13,564 nt of DNA from positions 1 through 13,564 of the forward strand of contig JBGSIV010000080.1 of NCBI GenBank assembly GCA_041742355.1. The letters are read 5' to 3'. Of this stretch, positions 1 to 9,679 are shown piece after piece. Made by a program: the position numbers and the translations under genes. Numbering within the stretch: position 1 is the first letter of the stretch; each line of letters starts with the position of its first letter. A model generated the notes under the pieces. That model was not told where the DNA came from, made no database searches, and worked only from the letters and a program-made list of their open reading frames with translations. Source of the stretch: Candidatus Zixiibacteriota bacterium (GTDB lineage: Bacteria > Zixibacteria > MSB-5A5 > GN15 > FEB-12).

Positions 1-1
1 C

Positions 2-646
2 TTCCACGAAAACTTCGTGCTGCCGTTCTCCCACGACGAGGTCGTGCACGGCAAGGGCTCCCTCTACGGCAAGATCCCCGGCGACCCCTGGCAGAAATTC
101 GCCACCCTGCGCCTTCTCTACGGCTACATGTACGCCCACCCCGGCAAGAAGATGCTCTTCATGGGCGGCGAATTCGGCCAGTGGAGTGAATGGCAGCACG
201 ACCACAGCCTCGATTGGCACCTCACCCAGTACCCCGACCACCAGGGGATCCAGCGCTGGTTGCAGGATCTCAACCGCCTGTACCGCAATACGCCGGCCCT
301 CCACGAGGTGGACTTCCACTGGGACGGCTTCCAGTGGGTCGACGGTTCCGACTTCGAGAGCAGTGTCATCAGCTTCCTCCGCAAAGACAAGCAGGGCCGC
401 GCCTCTATTCTCGTGGTCTGCAACTTCACTCCGGTGGTCCGCACCAACTACCGGGTGGGTGCTCCGTATCCCGGTTACTGGCATGAGGTTCTCAACAGCG
501 ACGCCGCGGTGTACGGCGGCAGCGGCCAGGGGAACCTCGGGGGCCGCGACACCAAACCGATCCCGATGCACGGTATGGAGCAGTCGCTGTCGCTGAACCT
601 TCCGCCTCTCGGCGTGGTGGTACTGGAGAAACAGGATCTTGGATAG
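2..646 (+). CDS. glgB: 1,4-alpha-glucan branching enzyme, C-terminal part (5'-truncated by the window edge)
   Basis: The frame is open from base 2 ([21 protein letters not shown]), so GTG at 17 is not the real start. GlgB motifs present: [63 protein letters not shown]. Ends at TAG 644-646, followed by TAA TGA. Confidence 0.97.
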   Translation, partial: FHENFVLPFSHDEVVHGKGSLYGKIPGDPWQKFATLRLLYGYMYAHPGKKMLFMGGEFGQWSEWQHDHSLDWHLTQYPDHQGIQRWLQDLNRLYRNTPALHEVDFHWDGFQWVDGSDFESSVISFLRKDKQGRASILVVCNFTPVVRTNYRVGAPYPGYWHEVLNSDAAVYGGSGQGNLGGRDTKPIPMHGMEQSLSLNLPPLGVVVLEKQDLG

Positions 647-754
647 TAATGATTATCTAACACGATTGAGCGGAATTATCGTTGCGAACTACTCCGCGGC
701 ATGCGAAGTTACAGGCAAATCAACTGAGATAGCGAAAGGTTAGGGTTACAGACA

Positions 755-973
755 ATGAAAGAGCAGATCGGACAAACCGCCGGCGCCATCTGGAAGGTGC
801 TGCAGACGAAGGACAAACTCGCACTGTCGCAGGTTCCCAAGGCGATCAACGAGAAAGAGTCGCTCGCTTTCCAGGCCGTGGGTTGGCTCGCCCGCGAAGA
901 CAAGATCGAGTTCCGGACTGAAGGTAAGACGACGTACGTCACGCTCGCCGTGACCGAACGCCGCAAAGTGTGA
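755..973 (+). CDS. Small winged helix-turn-helix protein, DUF2582-like (72 aa)
   Basis: IGQTAGAIWKVL...AVGWLAREDKIEF matches the IGxxAGxIWxxL...AxGWLAREdKI signature recalled for DUF2582. Codon usage is coding-like. Purine-rich AAAGG lies at 735-739. Confidence 0.85.
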   Translation: MKEQIGQTAGAIWKVLQTKDKLALSQVPKAINEKESLAFQAVGWLAREDKIEFRTEGKTTYVTLAVTERRKV

Positions 974-1054
974 TGTAACCACTAGCGCCGCAACAGACAG
1001 CACACGCCTGGCCCTGCATCCCGCCGCGTCATCTCACTCACTGCAGCAGATAAC

Positions 1055-1080
1055 GACAGGTCGGTCCGATCCGACCTGTC
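1055..1080 (+). terminator. 10-bp stem-loop between the DUF2582-like gene and treZ (weak terminator or mRNA-stabilising hairpin)
   Basis: GACAGGTCGG (1055-1064), loop TCCGAT, CCGACCTGTC (1071-1080) form a perfect inverted repeat. Only TTGGATATT follows, so the U-tract is poor. Confidence 0.5.
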
Positions 1081-1107
1081 TTGGATATTCTGATTCCGGA
1101 GGCATAC

Positions 1108-2919
1108 ATGGTAGTAGGAGCTCGGTGCTCCCACAGTGCCTGTTCGTTTACCGTTTGGGCTCCCCAGCGGCAGGCAGTCGAACTCGTTCTCGAATCACCC
1201 GGCCCGCGGCAGGTGCTCGCGATGCAGCGGGATGAGCGCGGCTACTGGCGGGTAACGGTGCCGGGGGTCGGCGACGGCACCCGCTACCTCTATCGTCTCG
1301 ATAGCGACGTTGAGCGCCCCGACCCCGCTTCGCACTATCAGCCCGACGGTGTTCACAAGGCCTCGCAGGTGGTCGACCACGGCTCCTACCGCTGGCGCGA
1401 CGCCGGCTGGCGGGGGAGACCGCTGCGCGACACTATCCAGTACGAACTGCACGTCGGCACGTTCACCCCCGAAGGGACGTTCGAGGCGGTCATTCCGCGC
1501 CTGCGCGACCTTGCCGACCTCGGCATCAACGCGATCGAACTCATGCCGGTCGCGCAGTTCCCCGGCGGCCGCAACTGGGGTTACGACGGTGTCTACCTGT
1601 ACGGCGTGCAGAACACCTACGGCGGTCCGTCCGGCCTCAAGCGCCTTGTCGATGCCGCCCACCAGACCGGGCTGTCGGTCATCATGGATGTTGTGTACAA
1701 TCACCTCGGCCCCGAGGGGAACTACCTGCACGACTACGGTCCCTACTTCACGCAGAAGTACAAGTCTCCCTGGGGCTGGGCGATCAATTTCGACGGCCCC
1801 GACAGCGACGAAGTCCGCAATTTCTTTATCGAAAACGCCCTGATGTGGTTCCGCGACTACCATATCGACGCCCTGCGCCTAGATGCGATCCACGGCATAT
1901 TCGATTTCAGCGCCCGCCCCTTTCTTCAAATACTCTCCGAGCGCGTGGATGCCTGCGCCGCCGAGAGTAACCGCCGCTGCGACCTCATTGCCGAGAGCGA
2001 TCTCAACGACACCCGGATCATTCGCCCCCGCGAGGACGGGGGGTTCGGCATCCCCGCGCAGTGGTCCGACGACTTCCACCACGCCTTGCACACGCTCCTC
2101 ACCGGCGAGTCCACCGGCTACTACGCCGATTTCGGCGCGGTCGATGACCTGGTCGCCGCGCTGCGGGACGGGTATGTCTACGGGGACCGCTACTCGCGCC
2201 ATCGCCGTCGCCGTCACGGCAACCCCTCCGCCGACCGTCCCGCCGAGCAGTTTGTCATTTTCTCGCAGAACCACGATCAGGTCGGCAACCGTATGAACGG
2301 CGACCGCCTCTCCACGCTTGTGTCGTTCGAGGCGCTCAAGCTGGCCGCCGGTGCGGTGCTGCTTTCGCCGTATGTCCCCATGCTGTTTATGGGCGAGGAG
2401 TACGGGGAAGAAGCCCCTTTCCAGTATTTCGTCAGCCACGGCGATCCGGACCTTGTTGAGGCTGTGCGCAAGGGGCGCAAAGAGGAATTCGAATCCTTCG
2501 GCTGGGCTGAAGAACCCCCTGATCCGCAGAGCGAGGCGACTTTCCAGCGGTGCAAACTCCGCTGGGCCGAGCGCGGCAAGGGTCGGCACAAGACCCTTCT
2601 CGACTTCTACCGCACGCTCATCTACCTCCGCCGGACTATCCCGGCCCTGGCCGCTCCGACCAAGGAGGGGCTCGAAGTTTTCGGAGATTCCGAATCCCGG
2701 GTCGTCACCTGCCTGCGCCGCAGCGCCGCCCTCATAATCATGAATTTCGCAAACCGGGAATCGGCCGCCACCTCGCTGCCGGCTGGAGTGTGGCGTAAGA
2801 AGCTTGACTCCGCCGAGCAGAAGTGGGACGGGCCCGGGCCGTGTCTCCCCGAGTCAATCTCGCAGAGTGATCCGGCCGAACTGGCCCCTTGGAATCTTGC
2901 TTTCTATATAAGGGAGTAA
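1108..2919 (+). CDS. treZ: Malto-oligosyltrehalose trehalohydrolase (GH13)
   Basis: Motifs FTVWAP, PDPAS..QPDGVH, YELHVGTFTPEGTF, RNWGYDGV, DVVYNHLGPEGNYL, catalytic DALRLDAIH, IAESD and QNHDQVGNR, PMLFMGEEY. Start placed at ATG 1108 (SD GGAGG 1098-1102) rather than TTG 1081. Confidence 0.96.
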   Translation: MVVGARCSHSACSFTVWAPQRQAVELVLESPGPRQVLAMQRDERGYWRVTVPGVGDGTRYLYRLDSDVERPDPASHYQPDGVHKASQVVDHGSYRWRDAGWRGRPLRDTIQYELHVGTFTPEGTFEAVIPRLRDLADLGINAIELMPVAQFPGGRNWGYDGVYLYGVQNTYGGPSGLKRLVDAAHQTGLSVIMDVVYNHLGPEGNYLHDYGPYFTQKYKSPWGWAINFDGPDSDEVRNFFIENALMWFRDYHIDALRLDAIHGIFDFSARPFLQILSERVDACAAESNRRCDLIAESDLNDTRIIRPREDGGFGIPAQWSDDFHHALHTLLTGESTGYYADFGAVDDLVAALRDGYVYGDRYSRHRRRRHGNPSADRPAEQFVIFSQNHDQVGNRMNGDRLSTLVSFEALKLAAGAVLLSPYVPMLFMGEEYGEEAPFQYFVSHGDPDLVEAVRKGRKEEFESFGWAEEPPDPQSEATFQRCKLRWAERGKGRHKTLLDFYRTLIYLRRTIPALAAPTKEGLEVFGDSESRVVTCLRRSAALIIMNFANRESAATSLPAGVWRKKLDSAEQKWDGPGPCLPESISQSDPAELAPWNLAFYIRE

Positions 2920-2924
2920 GCGTC

Positions 2925-5354
2925 ATGAGCAGATACCTGTGCATCCACGCACATTTTTACCAGCCGCCGCGCGAGAATCCCTGGCTCGAGGAGGTCGAAC
3001 TCCAGGACTCCGCGTATCCCCACCACGATTGGAACGCGCGTATCACCGCCGAGTGTTACGCCCCGAACGCGGCGTCGCGTATCCTTGACGCCGAGGGGCA
3101 CATCCTTGACATCGTGAACAACTACTCCAGGATCAGCTTCAATTTCGGCCCGACGCTTCTGTCCTGGATGGAGCGTCACACCCCGGATGTGTACGCCTCG
3201 ATCATCGAGGCCAACCGCCTCAGCAAAGAGCGGTTCGGCGGCCATGGATCGGCGCTCGCCCAGGTGTACAACCACATTATCATGCCGCTGGCCAACACCC
3301 GCGACAAGAAAACCCAGATTGTGTGGGGCATCCGCGACTACACCTACCGCTACGGGAGCAAGCCCGAGGGGATCTGGCTGGCCGAGACCGCGGTCGATGT
3401 CGAGACGCTCGACCTGTGTGTCGACCAGGGGATCAAGTTCACGATCCTCGCTCCCCGCCAGTGCAAGAACGTCCGGAAGATCGGCGAGAAGACGTGGATC
3501 GACGTCTCCGGGGACCGTATCGATCCCAAGCGGGCGTATCGGTGTCTGCTGCCCTCCGGCCGGTCCATCAACCTCTTTTTCTACGACGGCCCGGTATCCC
3601 AGGAGCTGGCTTTCGGCGACGTGCTGGCCGATGGCCGCCGGTTTGCTGATCGTCTCATGACGATCTATTCGGACGATCCCGACGCGCCGCAGCTTGCCCA
3701 CATCGCCACCGACGGCGAGACCTACGGCCACCACCACCGGTTCGGTGACATGGCTCTCGCCTACTGCCTCTATCATGTGGAGGAAGCCAAGCTCGCGGAA
3801 CTGACGATCTACGCCTCGTACCTCGAGAAACATCCCCCCGAGTACGAGGTGGAGATCCACGACAACTCATCCTGGAGTTGCGTCCACGGGGTCGAACGCT
3901 GGCGGAGCGCCTGCGGCTGCAACACCGGCGGGCGCGGCGACTGGAACCAGTTCTGGCGCGCTCCGCTGCGCGGGGCCATGGACTGGCTGCGCGACAGCCT
4001 TATTTTGGTTTTCGAAGAACACGCCGGCCGCTACCTGAAAGACCCGTGGGCCGCCCGTGATGACTTTATCGACGTCGTCCTTGACCGCTCCAGCCAGAAT
4101 CTCGAACGCTTCTTCGGCAAACACGCCTCCCGCCAGCTCGACTATAACGATCGGGTAGCCGTTCTCCGGCTCATGGAAATGCAGCGGCATGCCATGCTCA
4201 TGTATACGAGTTGCGGGTGGTTTTTCGATGAGATTTCCGGCCTGGAGGCGATGCAGGTGGTCCAGTACGCCGCCCGGGCGATGCAGCTCACCCGGGATAT
4301 CGCCGCGATTGATCTCGAACCGGCTTACCTGAAGATTCTCGAACGGGCCAAGCCCAATATCCCGCAGTTTGAGAACACGGCCGAGGTCTACAACGCCTAT
4401 ATCAAGCCGGCTGTTCTCGACTTGCCCCGGGTTGCCGCCCACTATGCGGTATCCTCGCTCTTCACGGAGGATCACCCGCAGACGTCCGAGATCTTCAGCT
4501 ACCGGGTGCACAATGACGTCTTCGACCGGCTTGAACTCGGCCGCCAGAAGCTTGCTATCGGGCGTATCTCGCTCCAGTCCACCATTACATGCGAGAAAGA
4601 GACGCTGCACTTCGTTGTTCTGCACCTCGGTGAGCAGAATCTCCTCGGCAGCGTGAGCCGGGAGATGCTCGACGGCACATTCGACGACGCCCGCGAGAAG
4701 ATCAAAGAAGCTTTCAACCGGGGGAACCTTGCCGAAGTCATTGCTCTGAGCGACACGCATTTCGGCCCGCACAGCTATTCGCTGTGGCATCTCTTCAAAG
4801 ACGAACAGCGACGGATTGTCCAGCAGATCCTGCACGATATGCTCGGGGAAGTCGAGCTGCAGTATCGCCAGACTTACCAGCGGCATCTGCCCATCATGCA
4901 GGCGATCAGCGAAATGCATTTCCCTATCCCGCGCATCCTGACCACGACGGCGGCTTTTGTTATCAATACCGACATGAGCCGCATCCTGCAGGCTCAGCCC
5001 ATCGATCTGGACCGCCTCGCCCAGCTCACCGCCGAAGCGCAGCGGTGGGGTGTCGAACTTGACCGCACCACGCTCGGTTTTGATGCCAGCGGCCAGTGCA
5101 ACCGGATTGTCGGACTCCTGGAGGAGACCCCGTACGATATCCAGCTCCTGGAGATGACCGAACGCCTCCTCGGCGCCCTTCGGCAGCTGCCCCTCGAACT
5201 GAACGTCTGGCAGGCGCAGAACCGGTTCTTCAAGCTCTCGCGCACCATCTATCCGCAAATGGTCGAATCGGCCGAGGCCGGCCATGGCCACGCCCGACGC
5301 TGGATTGACCTCTTTCAGAAGATCGGAAACCTTCTCCAGGTGAGGTTAGGCTGA
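2925..5354 (+). CDS. GH57-family glycoside hydrolase with C-terminal DUF3536 domain
   Basis: N-terminal CIHAHFYQPPRENPW, SFNFGPTLLSW, GIWLAET (putative nucleophile Glu), ATDGETYGHH (putative acid/base Asp), SWSCVHGVERW and MYTSCGWFFD. Start placed at ATG 2925 (SD AGGGAG 2911-2916, inside the treZ 3' end). Confidence 0.9.
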   Translation: MSRYLCIHAHFYQPPRENPWLEEVELQDSAYPHHDWNARITAECYAPNAASRILDAEGHILDIVNNYSRISFNFGPTLLSWMERHTPDVYASIIEANRLSKERFGGHGSALAQVYNHIIMPLANTRDKKTQIVWGIRDYTYRYGSKPEGIWLAETAVDVETLDLCVDQGIKFTILAPRQCKNVRKIGEKTWIDVSGDRIDPKRAYRCLLPSGRSINLFFYDGPVSQELAFGDVLADGRRFADRLMTIYSDDPDAPQLAHIATDGETYGHHHRFGDMALAYCLYHVEEAKLAELTIYASYLEKHPPEYEVEIHDNSSWSCVHGVERWRSACGCNTGGRGDWNQFWRAPLRGAMDWLRDSLILVFEEHAGRYLKDPWAARDDFIDVVLDRSSQNLERFFGKHASRQLDYNDRVAVLRLMEMQRHAMLMYTSCGWFFDEISGLEAMQVVQYAARAMQLTRDIAAIDLEPAYLKILERAKPNIPQFENTAEVYNAYIKPAVLDLPRVAAHYAVSSLFTEDHPQTSEIFSYRVHNDVFDRLELGRQKLAIGRISLQSTITCEKETLHFVVLHLGEQNLLGSVSREMLDGTFDDAREKIKEAFNRGNLAEVIALSDTHFGPHSYSLWHLFKDEQRRIVQQILHDMLGEVELQYRQTYQRHLPIMQAISEMHFPIPRILTTTAAFVINTDMSRILQAQPIDLDRLAQLTAEAQRWGVELDRTTLGFDASGQCNRIVGLLEETPYDIQLLEMTERLLGALRQLPLELNVWQAQNRFFKLSRTIYPQMVESAEAGHGHARRWIDLFQKIGNLLQVRLG

Positions 5355-8155
5355 TGCGAGTACCCCGTGGCACGTACCGGCTTCAGTTGACGCCCGAATT
5401 CGGGTTCGACCGCGCCCGCGAGATCGCTCCCTACCTCCGCGACCTCGGGATCTCGGATCTCTACCTGTCGCCCATTACCCAGGCTGTTGCGGGGAGCACG
5501 CACGGCTACGATGTGGCCGATCCCACGGCGGTCAACGAGGAGCTCGGCGGGCGTGACGCTCTGTTTCGCCTGCATGACGAAACCACCCGCCTCGGCCTCG
5601 GCTGGCTGCAGGACATCGTCCCCAACCACATGGCGTTCCATCCGGCCAATCGCATGCTCATGGATGTTCTCGAAAACGGCGAGGCCTCCCGCTACGCCCG
5701 CTACTTTGACATCGATTGGAATCACTACTACGGCACCCTCAAGGGGCGCATCCTGGCTCCTTTCCTGGGCAAGTTCTACGGGGAGGCCCTCAATGACGGG
5801 GAAATCAAGGTCGCGTACGATCACGACGGCCTCTGGTTCCAGTACTACGACCTTCGCTTCCCCATGCGCGCCGAGTCCTACCACCAGGTCTTCACCCATG
5901 ATCTCCGCTGGCTCGAGCAACGCCTCGGCGAACACCACGCCGAATTCATCCGCTACCTCGGCACGGTTCACACGCTCAAGAATCTGCCCGGTCCCGAACA
6001 CGCGCTGGAGCGATCCGAGCAGGTCCATATGACCAAGACGCTTTTGTGGGAGCTCTACGAGGGGAATCCCTTTGTCCGCGACTACGTCAACCGCAATCTC
6101 GACACCTTTAACGGCGCCAATGGCGCCTCCGACGGGGACAGCCGGCAACTTCTCGACCGGCTCATGGGGGAGCAGTGTTTCCGCCTCGCTTTCTGGAAAG
6201 TCGCCACGGAGGAAATCAACTACCGCCGGTTTTTCACTATCAATGGCCTCATTTCGGTTCGCCTCGAGGACGAACAGGTTTTCCATGACACCCACACGCT
6301 CATTCGCGAGCTGATCGACTCCGGGGTCATCGACGGCCTGCGCGTGGACCACATCGACGGCCTCCACGACCCCACCGGGTACCTTCGGCGGCTGGAGCAA
6401 CTCGCCCCCGACCGTTATGTGGTTGTCGAGAAGATCCTCGAGCACGGCGAGCCGCTGCCGGGGGAATGGCCGGTGGCCGGCACGACCGGCTACGATTTCC
6501 TCAACACGGTCAACGGCGTCCTCTGCCGCCGCACCAACGCTCCTGCGTTCACCCGCCTTTACGCCCGCTACGCCAATGTTGTGGAACCCTACGAACGCCT
6601 TGTCGCCGAGAAGAAACGCCTCATGGTGGAGAAGCACCTGGCCGGCAACATCGATAACCTCGCCCACCTGCTCAAGCGCCTTTCGGCCAACGACCGCTAC
6701 GGCAACGACATCACCCTCTACGGCCTGCGCCGCGCGCTCGTCGCCGTCATGTCCCACTTCCCGGTTTACCGCACCTATATCACCGCCGACTCCTGCCGCG
6801 AGATCGACGCCGACTATCTCCGGCAGGCGGTCGCCGCCGCTCTCCAGCGCCACCCCGACATGCACTACGAGCTAACCTATATCGAGAAGTTTCTCCTGAT
6901 GTGCTGCACGCCCGAGGCGACAGCCGAGGAGCGTGAGCAGTCGCTGCTCTTTGTCATGCAGTTCCAGCAGGTCACCGGCCCGCTCATGGCCAAGGGGGTC
7001 GAGGACACCGCCCTGTACGTGTATAACCGGCTCCTGTCGCTCAACGAGGTCGGCGGCAGCCCGCACGTCTTCGGCGTCACGCTCGATGAATTTCATGCTT
7101 TCAACGTCAGGGCCGCCGAGGGCCATCCGTACGCCATGAACGCCACCGCCACCCACGATACGAAGCGCGGGGAGGACGTCCGTGCCCGGATCAACGTTCT
7201 CTCCGAGATTCCCGGCGAGTGGGATCAGATGGTCAAGACCTGGCGTCGCCTCAACAAGCGACGCACTGTCCGCGGCGAGAAGGCGCCCGACAAGAACGAT
7301 GAGTACTTTCTCTACCAGGCCCTGCTCGGGTCGTGGCCCTTCGACGAAAGCGATCTCGACACTTTTCGCACCCGGTTTGTCGAGTACATGATCAAAGCGG
7401 TGCGCGAGGCCAAGGTGCACACCACCTGGCTGAAGCACGACGAGGAGTATGAGAATGCTCTCGCCACCTACATCAACACTATCCTCTCCCACAAGACGGG
7501 CGCCGCCTTCCTTGAGGCGTTCCTCCCGTTCCAGCGCAAGGTGGCCTGGTACGGCATGCTCAACTCCCTGAGCCAGCTCGTAATCAAGCTCACCGCCCCC
7601 GGTGTGCCCGACATCTACCAGGGCACAGAGCTGTGGGACCTGAGCATGGTCGACCCGGACAACCGTCGGTCGGTCGATTACGCCGCTCGCCGAGATCTCC
7701 TCGATACTATCCGCCGGAAGGCTGAACGCGACCGGGCGGAACTGCTGCGGGACCTCATCGGTTCGATGAGTGACGGGCGGATCAAGCTTTTCGTCATGCA
7801 TGAAATCCTGACGGCGCGGCAGCGGTGGGAGAGTATCTTCAGCGAAGGCGACTACACTCCGCTCACCGCCATGGGTCCGCAAGCCGATAATATAATTGCA
7901 TATATGCGCCGCCGCGGGCATCATGCGCTGGTGACTGTTGTGCCGCGCTTTTTCACGGAACTCGCCGGAGAAAACGAGATGCCCTGCGGCCCCGCTGTCT
8001 GGAACGACACGTCGATAACGATGCCCCTGCCCGGACTCGGGCGCTGGCACAACGTGTTGACGGGGCAGGATATCCGCGGCGACGGCCATTTGGCGGCCGC
8101 CGACATCTTCACCCGATTCCCGGTCGCGCTGCTCGTACGTGAGGAGGATACATGA
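5354..8155 (+). CDS. treY: Malto-oligosyltrehalose synthase (GH13)
   Basis: PRGTYRLQL, YLSPI..A..GSTHGYDV, DIVPNHM, INYRRFF, catalytic DGLRVDHIDGL, VVEKIL and ATHDTKRGED, PGVPDIYQG, SMVDPDNRR. TGATG overlap with the upstream stop at 5352-5356. Confidence 0.97.
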   Translation: MRVPRGTYRLQLTPEFGFDRAREIAPYLRDLGISDLYLSPITQAVAGSTHGYDVADPTAVNEELGGRDALFRLHDETTRLGLGWLQDIVPNHMAFHPANRMLMDVLENGEASRYARYFDIDWNHYYGTLKGRILAPFLGKFYGEALNDGEIKVAYDHDGLWFQYYDLRFPMRAESYHQVFTHDLRWLEQRLGEHHAEFIRYLGTVHTLKNLPGPEHALERSEQVHMTKTLLWELYEGNPFVRDYVNRNLDTFNGANGASDGDSRQLLDRLMGEQCFRLAFWKVATEEINYRRFFTINGLISVRLEDEQVFHDTHTLIRELIDSGVIDGLRVDHIDGLHDPTGYLRRLEQLAPDRYVVVEKILEHGEPLPGEWPVAGTTGYDFLNTVNGVLCRRTNAPAFTRLYARYANVVEPYERLVAEKKRLMVEKHLAGNIDNLAHLLKRLSANDRYGNDITLYGLRRALVAVMSHFPVYRTYITADSCREIDADYLRQAVAAALQRHPDMHYELTYIEKFLLMCCTPEATAEEREQSLLFVMQFQQVTGPLMAKGVEDTALYVYNRLLSLNEVGGSPHVFGVTLDEFHAFNVRAAEGHPYAMNATATHDTKRGEDVRARINVLSEIPGEWDQMVKTWRRLNKRRTVRGEKAPDKNDEYFLYQALLGSWPFDESDLDTFRTRFVEYMIKAVREAKVHTTWLKHDEEYENALATYINTILSHKTGAAFLEAFLPFQRKVAWYGMLNSLSQLVIKLTAPGVPDIYQGTELWDLSMVDPDNRRSVDYAARRDLLDTIRRKAERDRAELLRDLIGSMSDGRIKLFVMHEILTARQRWESIFSEGDYTPLTAMGPQADNIIAYMRRRGHHALVTVVPRFFTELAGENEMPCGPAVWNDTSITMPLPGLGRWHNVLTGQDIRGDGHLAAADIFTRFPVALLVREEDT

Positions 8156-9660
8156 CCGAACTCGATCGCAGAAGCGGCATACTGCTGCACGTGACCTCGC
8201 TGCCGTCCCCATTCGGCATCGGCGACCTTGGCCCCGGCGCCTACCGGTTTGTCGATTTCCTGGCTTCCGCCGGGCAGGGACTCTGGCAGGTGCTCCCGTT
8301 GAATCCGACCGACTCGGCCCACGGCAACTCCCCCTACAGCAGTTCCTCGGCCTTTGCGGGCAACCGCATTCTCATCAGCCCCGAGCTCCTTGTGCGTGAC
8401 GGTTTTCTCGCAGAGAGCGACTTGCAGCCGACGCCCGCCTTTCACGACGACCGGGTGGACTACGATACTGTCCGCGATTACAAGAACCGCCTCCTCGATG
8501 GCGCCTGGGAGCAATTCCGGAGCAGGGGAGACCGCGACACTTTCGACCGGTTCTGCCAGTCTCAGGCCGCCTGGCTGCACGACTACGCTCTTTTCGTGAT
8601 CATCAAGAGCGAACAGCAGGGGGCTGTCTGGAACAAGTGGCCCGAGCCTCTGCGCGACCGCGATCGCGCCGCCCTCGACGAAATCTGCGCCCGCCGCGCC
8701 GACGATATCGCGCGGGTCAAGTTCGAGCAGTTCCTGTTTTTCCGGCAGTGGGAGCAGTTGAAGGCGTACGCCAACAGCCGCGGAATCGACATGTTCGGCG
8801 ATATCCCCATCTATGTCAACTACGACAGCACCGACACCTGGAGCCATACGCGCTTCTTCAAGCTCGACGCACACAAGCGCCCCACGGTTGTTGCCGGCGT
8901 CCCGCCCGATTACTTCAGCAAAACCGGCCAGCTCTGGGGCAACCCGGTCTACGACTGGGATGCGCTCCGCGAGACCGGCTACCGGTGGTGGATCGAGCGC
9001 CTCGAACACGTCTTCAGCCTCTACGATATCGCCCGTATCGACCACTTCCGGGGCCTCGTCGCTTACTGGGAGGTCGCGGCCGGCCACAAGACGGCCCAGA
9101 AGGGGAAGTGGGCGCCCGTTCCTGCCGACGATTTCTTCACGACCCTGTGCAATCACTTCGAGGATCTCCCCGTGATCGCCGAGGATCTAGGCACGATCAC
9201 CGAGGATGTCGTTGAGGTGATGAAACGCTACAGCTTTCCGGGGATGAAGGTCCTCATGTTCGCTTTCGGCGAGGATAATCCGAAACATCCCTACCTGCCC
9301 GAGAACTATACCGAAGATGCCGTCGTGTACACCGGCACTCACGACAACAACACGATTGTCGGGTGGTTTGCCGAGGAGGCGCGCCCCGAAGACAAGCAGC
9401 GTTTCTTCGAGTACCTGGGGGGTGAAATCCACCGGGAGGAGGTGCACCGGGCGATGATCCGCCTGGCGCTGCGCTCGCCCGCGAATCTGGCCATTATCCC
9501 GATGCAGGATCTGCTCGGTCTCCCCGCATCGGCGCGAATGAACACGCCGGCGACGGCGAGAGGCAACTGGTCCTGGCGCCTGACGCCGGAGCAACTCGAC
9601 GCCACTCCCGCAGGCGAACTTGCCGAGCTGGCCGCCCAGTACCGCCGAACCCCGTCGTAA
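8152..9660 (+). CDS. malQ: 4-alpha-glucanotransferase (amylomaltase, GH77)
   Basis: RRSGILLHVTSLP, WQVLPL, SPY.S.SAFAGN, GVPPDYFSKTGQLWGNP, catalytic RIDHFRG, IAEDLG and YTGTHDN, RMNTP...GNWSWR. ATGA overlap with treY and SD GAGGAGG at 8141-8147. Confidence 0.97.
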   Translation: MTELDRRSGILLHVTSLPSPFGIGDLGPGAYRFVDFLASAGQGLWQVLPLNPTDSAHGNSPYSSSSAFAGNRILISPELLVRDGFLAESDLQPTPAFHDDRVDYDTVRDYKNRLLDGAWEQFRSRGDRDTFDRFCQSQAAWLHDYALFVIIKSEQQGAVWNKWPEPLRDRDRAALDEICARRADDIARVKFEQFLFFRQWEQLKAYANSRGIDMFGDIPIYVNYDSTDTWSHTRFFKLDAHKRPTVVAGVPPDYFSKTGQLWGNPVYDWDALRETGYRWWIERLEHVFSLYDIARIDHFRGLVAYWEVAAGHKTAQKGKWAPVPADDFFTTLCNHFEDLPVIAEDLGTITEDVVEVMKRYSFPGMKVLMFAFGEDNPKHPYLPENYTEDAVVYTGTHDNNTIVGWFAEEARPEDKQRFFEYLGGEIHREEVHRAMIRLALRSPANLAIIPMQDLLGLPASARMNTPATARGNWSWRLTPEQLDATPAGELAELAAQYRRTPS

Positions 9661-9679
9661 TGGATCCCCGCGGACAGAC

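Noticed and set aside
644..658. Fur-box-like TAGTAATGATTATCT at the end of glgB
   Set aside because: It matches 11 of 14 positions of the 7-1-7 consensus, but most of it is the tandem stops TAG TAA TGA and there is no iron-related gene nearby.
739..1080. Integron cassette interpretation of the small gene (GTTAGGG before, TAAC after)
   Set aside because: The core sites do not fit GTTRRRY/RYYYAAC, no attC with L boxes is visible, and there is no integrase or cassette array.
7886..7906. AT-rich patch containing TATAAT (7891-7896) inside treY, a possible internal malQ promoter
   Set aside because: There is no -35 or extended -10 element, and it can be explained by the DNIIAYM codons.
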